Assembly: GCA_032718475.1 (NCBI GenBank) | Contig: JAUCBJ010004415.1 | Span: forward strand, 39,761 to 103,760 | DNA length: 64,000 bases | Source: Nemertoderma westbladi | Taxonomy: Eukaryota; Animalia; Xenacoelomorpha | Direction: 5' to 3' | Part shown: positions 12,228 to 22,035 of the stretch, one piece after another | Layout of the letters: every line of letters begins with the position of its first letter | Position numbering within the stretch: position 1 is the first letter of the stretch | The notes under the pieces: model-generated | What the model saw: the letters and a program-made list of their open reading frames with translations, nothing else | Databases searched by the model: none | What the model was told of the DNA's origin: nothing | Position numbers and translations under genes: made by a program

Positions 12228-13488
12228 CGCTTGCGTCCTTCTGGGCTCCTCCCTGAGGCGCACCCACGAGGCGGACGCTGTCCCACCACCCTTGGGGCCA
12301 GTCTGACTCCGTTTTTATCAGACCGGGCCGGAGGGTAGCCCGATGCTTCCCGGGTTCAATTTTCAATCCCCCGATCACACCGGCACAGCTCGTCGGTGTA
12401 GCCAGATGGTTGGCTACTGTCAACTTACTGTGGCCTGACTGTACATTGAGCCAACTCCGAGAGTCAACCGGCGGGTGGACCAGTCGATAACGATCGAGCA
12501 TCAAGGTCGCCCTTGAGCCAAAGCGACGGTCTTGTCCCAAGTAGGCTTGCGCTACCTAACATGGAATATTGACCGTTTTCACCCGCCTCGCCGGCAGTAT
12601 TGAGGGGAAGTCGGTTCCGCAAACAATACTGACTAGCTCGAAAGCTAGGAACAAGTAACCACTTACCAGTCACTGTACACGTGTACTCAATAGATGCTCA
12701 CGAAATCAAGTACACAACGGTAAACACAAAATCTGACGCATACCATGCACACACAGAGGACATAATCGGCAATGGACAAAATCGGTGACAAATCAGAGGG
12801 GACAAAATTGTATCGACTAATAAAGAGTCGAGAGTACTTTATTTTACCGACAGGGTAAAATAACTTTGTGTGCACAAAGTATGCTGGGGCGCAGTAAAGA
12901 TATGGTCCTACTAATAACCAGCGGCGACTGAACCAACCGGTAAGGGTTCCCATACCCACTCGCAGTAGCCATACATACACTCACGTATACCACGTACACA
13001 CACAAACCACAGATTCCAGAGTATCATTCACTCGGACCACACTACAACACCAACCCCTCCTTGCAGCCGATATTCCGCGTGCCACCTCCATTCCAATAGT
13101 AGTACCAACAGAATCATCAGGAACCTGTCCATTCCGATGCAACACCTCCATTCCAATAGTGCTACCCTGGGAAAAGACACGTTTTGGCAACCGATTGGAG
13201 ACAGTAAAGAGTCTGGTCAACTCATACATACCACACATAGACCTACCACATAGACCACATAAACCACAGATCACACTAAGCCACCACCCCTACTGTGTAC
13301 AGGACTGGCAGTACGGCAACAGGCCGACTAGGCGATACCACGGCACCATGTTGATTCATGGTTCGCAAGACACGAGGGCCTTCAGTAACTCCCCTGCACT
13401 ATAGAATAGATTTAACGTGCCCCCAGACCCTCACGAGTCCGCCGCCGCCTGTTCTGGACACCCCTATAGAGACCTCACCTCCTTGGGT
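12228..13488 (-). ncRNA. Group I self-splicing intron (subgroup ID-like), 1261 nt, ORF-less, in the RT coding region
   Basis: 5' exon ...ACUGGAU|ACCC; IGS GGGU-GUCCAG (13463-13454) gives a 10-bp P1 with U.G at the splice site. P3 GGCGGGUGAA (12587-12578)/UCCACCCGCC (12479-12470). P4 ACGGUC (12576-12571)/GACCGU (12531-12526) with J4/5 AA and J5/4 CAA. J6/7 UUA. P7 U[C]GACUG (12487-12481)/CAGUCA (12441-12436). P8 GGUUGACUC/GAGUUGGCU; J8/7 CAAUGUA. Ends ...AAGCG|GACC. Excision restores the frame and an ATG. Confidence 0.9.
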
Positions 13489-16400
13489 ATCCAGTATTCT
13501 ACCGGTTTCTGATTGAGGTCTCCTTCAGGCCACCACAGAAATCTCAGGATGTCTCTATCTCTATCCAGCGCCTTGACTTGTAAGAACATTCCCTCTATAT
13601 CTGAGGCGAACGCGATGGAATATTGTCTTAATCTTAAAAGTATTCCCAACAAAAATTGGAGCAAGTTGGGTCCTGGTAACAACTCGGAATTGAGGGATTG
13701 GCCCATATATAGCGCAGAGCCATCGAATACGACTCGGACTTCATGAGGTTTACCGGGTTTGGGAACGTAATGATGTGTTAAGTAATACGTTCTCTCAGTC
13801 ACTGGTGTTCCTTCCGGTACTCGCTCCGCGTATCCCTTTGTTATAAATTTCTTCAGCTGAGTTTGGTACATTTCTTTAGCTGAAGTATTAGCTGTAAGGC
13901 GTCGATGTAATTGAGCGATTCTTTTCTCTGCCAAGGGTCTGTTATTTATAAATCTAGGTTCTCGTTTTCGAAATGGTAGGCCGATTTCATATCTACCTTG
14001 ATCCTTTAAAAAACGTGTAGTTGTTTCCTGGATTTGCTTGGCTCTTTCTTCTTCTATCGATAGAGCCTTATCATATGAATTGGGCTCTACCAGTTCCTGA
14101 GTAAAGAATCGTACGGCTAGTTCGTCCCGAGTTCTAGCGTTGTAGCGCTCTATCTCATCGTTGAGTTCGTCATTGTAAGCGATGGGTTCCGATGGGCGAA
14201 TCCGTTGACATAGGTTCACCTGATTTTTCCAAGTTTGGTTTTCTGTAAGTAAGTCGATTGTGTTCTCTTCATCGAAGAGTTGGTAGATGTCGTCATTATC
14301 TGAGGAGTATGATGTTCCCTCAGTTAGTTCGTCCACTTCACTGCTCTCCACTTCCCAATCGTTTACTTGGTATGTTTGTTCTTGTGGCATTCTCTCTTCG
14401 AGAGTCCTGCGGGAAGGGCCAGTAAAGTACCAACCTACTCTAGTTCTTACCGCATAGGTTTGCAGTGGCTGTGGTTGAGCAGGCCGTTTCTCCAATGTTT
14501 CGAGCGCCTCATGCGCGTTCTGGCCGATGAGTATTTGCACTCCAGGATAATCTGTCTGGAATCGAGGTATCTTAAGATGTTGGATGCTCTCATCCTCGTC
14601 CCAATTATAAAGGTCTGCTTGAGTAGTAGCGAAGTTCTTTATAGCCACCATTTTTACTGACCTTATACCTTGTGCTCCTAACTTATCCTGGGGGGTGGAC
14701 AATACACCTACATAGTAATCTGCCGTTAGGGTAGATTTCCAAACCTGCATAATTCCTGACATATTCAATTTAGTCCGGAACTTGGGTTGTCCAGCAAAGA
14801 TATCTTCGGCTAGTTCTTGATCGATGAATGTTCCTGTGCTGCCGGAGTCAAGGAGGGCGTTCACTATGTAACTTTTGTTAAGACCGTGAACTCTTACCTG
14901 CACAACAGGAAATTCTCTGATTCCTACATTGGAAGTTGGAGCTTTCCAAGATGGTTGTTTGGCAAAAGTAGTTGGGGGAAACTCATCGTTGGTGTCCTTT
15001 TCATAAGTAAGTGCTCGATACACTGCGGTATTGATTAGATAACAGGATTCGTTGGCGTCGGAGAATTCATCAGTATAGAATCCTTCCATCTCAGATTCTT
15101 GATCAGTGTCGTTTACATCACTGAATTGGACATGTAGTTCGGGCTCACTTACCTGACTCTGTTTGTCTCGTTCGAACTCACTGTGTAACAAGATGTGATG
15201 TTTCGCGCCACACTTTGCACACTTTATATCGGAGTAACAGGTTCGCAGTTGGTGTCCTGGTCTGAGGCAATTATAGCATAACCGCTTGTCCCACACGACT
15301 GCACGTCTGTCTACAAGGGATTTCTTTAGAAATTCAGCACACGCACTCAAACGGTGGGTCCCGTCGCACAACACACAGTTAGGTTTTATGTTACTCACTT
15401 TACCTTGGGTAACTTGATGCACTCTCGTTTTTTCTTCGGGTTTTCTTCGGTGCATTCTGTTAGGAGACTGAGGAGGAGTCTTGACAACCTGTTCTCTCCT
15501 ATCATTGTTTCGAGCCTTGTATTTACTTACATCCTTTGAGGTTTTTTCAACGTAGTAAGATCTCTCAGTGTCTTTCCCGCTGTCCTCTTCTTGAGAAGCT
15601 TGGCTTTCGCCATCGTCAGTGTAACACACCGGTGTTACTCTTCTCCTAGAAGCGAGTTTCTCACTTACCTTATTTTCCGATGTTTTCTCTCTGGACTGCT
15701 TGATGAGTTGTAGTTTTACTTCACCATCTAAGAAGGACATGAGATCAGCCATGGTAGGGCTTCGTCGTTGCTGTTCATTCATATACAACACTTTCTTGTC
15801 CCAGCGTGTACATACTCCACCCTTTGGTAAAGTAGAAACTACGGCTCCAATAACCATGGAACTCTGATATTCATGAGACTTACCTAACCAGTCCAATTGT
15901 CTACAGATTTCCTGAATCTCATCGGAAAACTCTATAATCCCGCTACTAAGGAAGTGTCGGGGGGCTACTAATTTTGCATACAAATACTTAGCTATGTTAT
16001 CCTTATTACCATACCTGATGTTTAATGTATCCCATACTTGTCTTAATCCTTCTGGATGTCCAATAAACTTTAATGCCATTAACCTGGGAGGTCCTTCCAA
16101 GCACTTGATGAGGAACCTAAGTTTCTCTCCGTTAGATAGTACAGAGTTTTGTATGCTATCTTTGTAATATTCGTTGAAAGGTAACCATTTCATCTCATCT
16201 CCATTGAATTTGACGATCTCTCCCACTTTGACCGCTTGGCGGGCTTCTGTTCTAGCCATCTGACGCGTAAAGCTTTCTTGGGCCATCGTGTTATTTAATA
16301 TCGAATTATCAGTATATAAATTTCTCGGGTCATTGTCAGGTCTATAGGGGATATCGTTAATAACAGGTCTATAATCACCCTTAATAGGGTTTGCTATAGG

Positions 16401-18533
16401 AGTTTCTACTTCACTAGCAGTATAGATGCGTGTAGGCTCCACACCTTGCGCATGTAATACTTCAGACCTAACAGGTTGACACAATTTTACAGGGGGTATT
16501 GGTATCCCCTTTTGGATATTGACTAATTTGTCGCGTTCTAGTGCAATACTTTGCTGCACTTCTTGCAACTCTGCTCTACCTTCCCTTACTGTTCCCTTAA
16601 GTTGGTGGACAGTCTCCTGCATCTGTCCGAGCAGGAGATTCATCCCCCGCCGTCCCTCCTCTACCCACTCGACCGCCGAAGCGGGAGTCGCCAACATTGT
16701 AGCGGGCTGACGTGGGACGACGGGAGACAAATCTTTGATTTCTCTCTCAGCTTCCAGGACAGGAATATTCTCATGGACTGTTCTACCGGGTACAGGCAGT
16801 GTAGTACTGTGTAAAGGGAACTTAGAGTTAAGCTCTGGAAGTACAGGGGTCTCTAGCACAGGTGTGACTTTGGGAACGACAGGCCTAATTATTTCAGGCT
16901 CATCAACTATTGTAGGGAGTCTTTTGACCTGAATAGTTTGGTATGTGGGTTCCGTACTACCTAAGTCTGCGCTAGCTAGCTGTCTTCTAACAGCTGGGGG
17001 CAAATCAGGCAATTTGTGACGGTGAGATGTTTTTCTAAGCCTGCTTAGACGAGATCTATTTCCTCCGCCTTCAGGATCGGTGGTTTCGCTTTCCTCCGAT
17101 GATGTGTATCCTTGGCGTTTGGGAATAGATCGTCTCATCATCTGCATTTGACTAGCAGTTAACTGTTTATTTATGTTGTCTTGCGTCTCTTGCAGATTTT
17201 CCAACTCCAGTTGGGTAGTCTGCTCAGACGCTCTCCGTTCTGCTTCTGCCACTGCCCTTTCCGCCTTTGCTTCTGCCGCCGCTGCCTTTCTTTCTGCTTC
17301 TGCTTCTGCCGCCGCTGCCTTTCTTTCTGCTTCTGCTTCTGCCGTAGCCGCCGCCTTTTGTTCCTCTATCCGTCTTTTCTTTACTTTTTCTTCTTGGACT
17401 CTAGCGAGGCGGAGTTTTTCATCAAATTCTGCTTGGTTAGCAGCTAACATTTCAGCATCGATTGAGTCTAACACACGCTGGGTTCCTTCACTATTGGGGG
17501 AAAGTCCAGACAGCCGTCTCCTCAACTCTTCGTCTCCTAGGAATCGCTGATAGTCGGACAGATAAATGTCTATGGCGTCTCTCGTTCGTGGTTTCTCTGA
17601 GGTCTCTTCGCCTTCCACTTGAGAAAGGGTGGCATCGGTTGGTTCTTCATAAGTTAGTCTCTCAGACAGCTGGGATTTCCACTGGTCCGTTTTTTGCACT
17701 TTGAGACCTACCCGCTGGAACCAAGTCTTAACAGAAACCTGCAGCAACGTGTCCTGTCTTCTTTTGGAAGTTTCCTCAAAGGCTGATAGGATTAGTCGAA
17801 TGCGTAGGGTTCTTTCGCGTACTTGATATAGCAGTTCTTCCTGCTCTTGAGGTCCTTGGGGTTGTCGAAACAGTTGTTCTTCTAATCGCTCTAAGGAGCC
17901 GAAGAATCCCTGCACATATCCTGCTGCCGACCTCTTCCAAACAGCTGGATCCATCGTATCTTTAGCCACTCCCATCCTGTGTATATCTTCCCAAGTAGCC
18001 TCGGACAGATCTAACGGGAGTCCGGGTCCGGGAAAGTTCCATTGTGACTCGACAATAGACATCAATTCTTCCCTGGCGTATCCCGCATAATTATCTTGGG
18101 TCGCTCGCTTATTTCTCGCCCAGTCGGCTTGATGTTCCTCCACCGCAATCAATATAGTAGCTAGCACTGCGGCAGGAAGGGTGAGAAGGGGGTCCGAGTA
18201 GGCTTTAGCCGTCATCTGTAATCCGCGTTCGGGGGTCAGCTCGACAGTATCCGAACCACTGGAACTATCGGATCGCTGGGAACAAGTTTCTTGACTAGGC
18301 TGTTGCTGCTGTGGGACAGCTGCTTCCTGGTTTCGTTTGACTTGGGCCCGAGTGCCGATGATAGACCTACGGTGTTGGATTAGCTTAGGGTCTGATACCA
18401 CTACCGGAGGGATGACCTTTCTTTCAGTAGGAGGTGAGCTGAACTCCTTTCTTAATCGCTCCACACTCCTATCTGTGTCACAGATGGTTGTATCGATTAG
18501 ACTGTCTGACAGGTTTTGCTGAGTGTCAGACAT
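13489..18533 (-). CDS. gag-pol exon 1: Gag (DUF1759-like, Zn knuckles), aspartic protease, RT N-half
   Basis: KFNGDEMKWLPF, CVLCDGTH..C, CYNCLRPGH..C, CAKCGAKHH.LLH, ALLDSGS, RVVFDGS, LLPGP, SDIEGMFLQ, LRFLW...EYW. Unspliced reading ends at the TAG at 13464-13466 inside the intron. Confidence 0.95.
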
Positions 18534-19864
18534 GTTTAGCTATACAGTTGAATGCTTACTGCTATAGTTACAGTTAAAGCAAGTCTAGCAATTCAGTATG
18601 ACCGTTGGCCTAGTACCGGTAATTTATTACAGTATATTAGAATACCGGTATACACTTATAGTATATATAAGTATTGTAAACTAGGTTTGTCACAGAGTAC
18701 CGGTATATAATTTTAGCACAAATATATATAAATATATAATAGGCCTATCGTGAATACCGGTATACAGCTTACACTTATAGTATATATAAGTATAATTATG
18801 AACTAGAATTAATTACAGAATACCGGTATGATTTCCGCTCAAATTTATAGAAATAAATATAATAAGCCTATGGTAAATACCGGTATGTCAATTATTTTAG
18901 AATAATTGAATTTCTGAATATTTTAGGGTTACTTGGTTACTTTAACTTACTTTGTTACCGTTATTTAAGCAGTAGTCCAACTGATATTGAGACCTAGTTG
19001 TTGTATGGCAGGCCTACTATTTATAAATCTTTTGAGTTGATTTATAATATTTATATACCCGTTTAAAAGGGGTTTTGTCAATATTTGAAATAAATGTTAT
19101 TATTTCTGGGGGAGTCACTACACAGAAGCTGTGCGCTCTCAGTGAAGTGCTATTTATTGGACACTAAAACAGATAATTCTAATTTACCTAAGTTACTTAA
19201 TACTACAAATTACTTACGATACGGGTGAGATTAATTCTCTAATTAAACACAACAAAATATTACGTACGAAATTTTTTAGGGTAATTTTACAGGAAGTCTA
19301 CAAACCAGTCTAACAAAGGGTTAGATTTCTGATTATTACAACGGACAGGGTACTACGGTTTTTGAAATAATAAGTAGTAGTAAATATATTGCACTGTCCA
19401 GATAGGAAGATACCACCGCCTGACAACCTATAACCGTATCGCTATAGGTACTACGTTATGTATCACGGAGTGTTCCTACCTAGAAGTTAATTACCGCGGA
19501 CTACCAGATCCAGCGTGCCTATTAACCACTTTACAACACAAATATACTGCCTACACACTAATTACCTCGGAAAGCACTGTACACTAAACCCTAAATTAGG
19601 TACAAGTACTGGTACAACAAATAATCAGTAGTTAAATATACTTGAACAGTTAAAAGAACCACGGCATCTGCTGGAGTGACCGGTGCACAAAATCACCAGT
19701 CTTGTCCTACGCCAAGCAGCCCGTGTAGTACCGGGGTTAATTTAACTATAACGGTATGTGTAACAAACACAATTACTGTAGGAATAAACTTGGGGACATG
19801 AATGTTGCGAATAATCGCATAAACTCTGAATAATAAATATTACGCTACCCGTACAGAATACTCA

Positions 19865-20410
19865 AACAAAATACAAACCAAACGCTGGCAGACTACCACC
19901 AAGCCTAAATAAACTACTGTATGTGCAGATTCCAAAACGGTTAGTTAGTATGCGTTCTAACACAGTAGTACGACTTATTCTTTAAGAGGGGATTGACCTT
20001 ACAGCTATGGCTGCCCCAACTTACTAACTGGCACTTTATCAGACAAACTCTACACACGCAGCAATCTCTTCAGACCTAATAATAGCTAGACAACAATCCA
20101 GCCTACAAAATATCTGAGTAATAACTATTACGGTACCTGAACAGACCACACAAACAAACACAGGCCAAAACGCTGGCAGAATACTGTCAAGCCTAAATAA
20201 ACTACAGTATGTGCAGATTCCAAAATTGTTAGTTAGTATGCGTTCTAACACGGTAGTACGACTTATTCTTTAAGAGGGGATTGACCTTACAGCTATGGCT
20301 GCCCCAACTTACTAACTGGCACTCTATCGGACAAACTCTACACACGCCGTAATCTCTCCAAACCCAACAACAATCTAACAACAGTCCGGCCTACAATTAT
20401 CTGAACAATC
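19865..20410. repeat. ~290-bp tandem duplication in the 2.2-kb 5' leader
   Basis: AAGCCTAAATAAACTAC...GGGGATTGACCTTACAGCTATGGCTGCCCCAACTTACTAACTGGCAC occurs twice (~19901 and ~20189). Confidence 0.85.
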
Positions 20411-20574
20411 TGAGCAGACTTACACGTCTTCAGCTCAATATTAACTTACATGTAAATAAAACCGACAGAAATAAGTAAAATCTCAATAAAAAATCAGGGC
20501 TGCAGTCCCTGATTAAATACTAAGACCTACCGGTATACAATAATCAAAATCGAATAATACTAATGTACTTATAC

Positions 20575-20702
20575 TGGAAGTACCGGTTAGGACAGTTGGG
20601 CCTACGGACCTACAGAAGTACCGGTTCTGACAGTTGGACCTACGGACCTACAGCAGTACCGGTTCTGGCAGTTGGGCCTACTGACCTACAGAAGTACCGG
20701 TT
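20575..20702. repeat. 39-bp tandem repeat (about 3.3 copies) in the 5' leader
   Basis: Unit approximately AGAAGTACCGGTTCTGACAGTTGGGCCTACGGACCTAC. Confidence 0.85.
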
Positions 20703-20768
20703 CAGGTTTACCGGTTGACCGGTACTTTCAACTTTATTGCTTACTGCAATAAAGTCAATAACTGTTAT

Positions 20769-22035
20769 TGTACGCGCTTTTGAAGACCTTTAGCAGTTTA
20801 ACCTGCCAAAATTTATATGTCTTTTGGTTTATAAATAGACTTTAGAAGATGACAAATATTTAATACCAATAAACACAACATTAGCAGAAGCCAGCCTAGT
20901 GCGCGTCCATTCACCCGCTGGATATACCCGGGAGACTGGATTCTGAGGGCTTAGATTATTATTGCAGTGTAAGCTTACTGTATTGTATTATTCGATTGAT
21001 CGTTAATAATTAATTTCTGACTAATATTATTTACTTTCGGGAAATATTAACAGTTCCTTTAGGACGTGGCGCTCTATCTAGGTAAACAGAGATATGACTT
21101 ATACTAATCACAACGGTAAGTCGGTAAGGCTTATGATTCACGTATGAGGCGCATTCTTTAGGAAATGCTTAGTTATCAGTCACAATCAGGCACACTACCG
21201 GTAACACACAATACTGCCCACTAATTTGCCGACCGTCAATGATTTTTATCATATATAAAGAGAACAGCAACGGACCAATGTAGTGCTTATCAAATAGCAT
21301 TAAATTCACTACATACACAATAATATAAGTCGCAATCGCTATATATATAACCCGTCTCTCTAACCTGTAGTGTATCAAGAAAATTGGGAAATTTGGGTTC
21401 TTTATATATGTTCTCCAAATAATATTCAACCAAAACACAACAGTAAACAGCATTAAGACGGTAGGTTAAGATATGATATGACAAGATATGACAAGATATG
21501 CACTGATTGTTTTGTTATGATATGATAACAGTTATACGCTCTATAATTTAAGCCTACTAATGTTTCTTCTAAAGTATGAAAACGAGTTGACTCTAGAGCC
21601 GTTGTTCCTGGCCTAGATAGCAACAACAACAAAGTATCAAGTAAAAAACAGTAAGACTGAACACTCCTAGTATGATCGGCCGAAAGCTCCACATCGACAG
21701 AAAAAATCGCTCTGATTGGCTTAAGCTAAACAAAGAACCATGTGGCCAATGGCTGTTTCCATGTCAGCAACCAGCTGTTAGATGTCGTAATATGAATCAT
21801 CACGGCTAAGCTGTGAAAGTTATTTGGTGCATTGCAGGTTTTTTGCCTTACCATGTCCGCCAAAACACGTATATAGCAGAATGACTTTTATGTCCGTTAA
21901 AACACCTATAACGGTACCTTGCGGGCGAGGGGAATATATATACAGTTAGAGAACCTTTTAGAGTATTCCAGCGCCTGGGGGGGAAACTGGATTGCGAAGC
22001 AAAAGGGCCAGTTATATCCCACAGAAGCTTTTACA
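20769..22035 (-). repeat. 5' LTR of the young BEL element
   Basis: Direct repeat of 4797-6063, followed by the TSD GAAGG. Confidence 0.97.

Larger units (their letters stand above)
4797..22035 (-). mobile_element. Full-length young BEL/Pao LTR retrotransposon (17.2 kb) carrying a group I intron and an accessory ORF
   Basis: Two 1267-bp direct LTRs with TG...CA ends; 5-bp TSD GAAGG at 4792-4796 and 22036-22040; domain order gag-PR-RT-RNaseH-IN with BEL motifs. Confidence 0.97.

Noticed and set aside
12745-12910. Plus-strand group I core (GTATCGACTA ... AAGATATGGTCC)
   Set aside because: P7 has a mismatch at its first pair, no convincing P4/P6 is present, and it is antisense to pol. The minus-strand core is complete.
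13090-13130. Hammerhead ribozyme (CUGAUGA on the minus strand)
   Set aside because: No GAAA after stem II, and no stem III with a cleavage triplet.
13370-13436. Pistol-like motif CGUG...CACGUUAAAU
   Set aside because: The downstream P2/P3 and conserved GCGU/GU elements were not found; a simpler long helix explains the pairing.
12230-13478. Spliceosomal GT-AG intron (GAG|GTGAGG donor, AAG|CGG acceptor) explaining the pol insertion
   Set aside because: There is no polypyrimidine tract, and the product (IPKER in place of M) would not match the homolog. The group I boundaries restore the exact ancestral sequence.
12228-13488. Group II intron, solo LTR, Helitron or MITE
   Set aside because: No GUGYG/AY ends or domain V, no TG..CA, no TSD or TIR, and no TC..CTRR ends.
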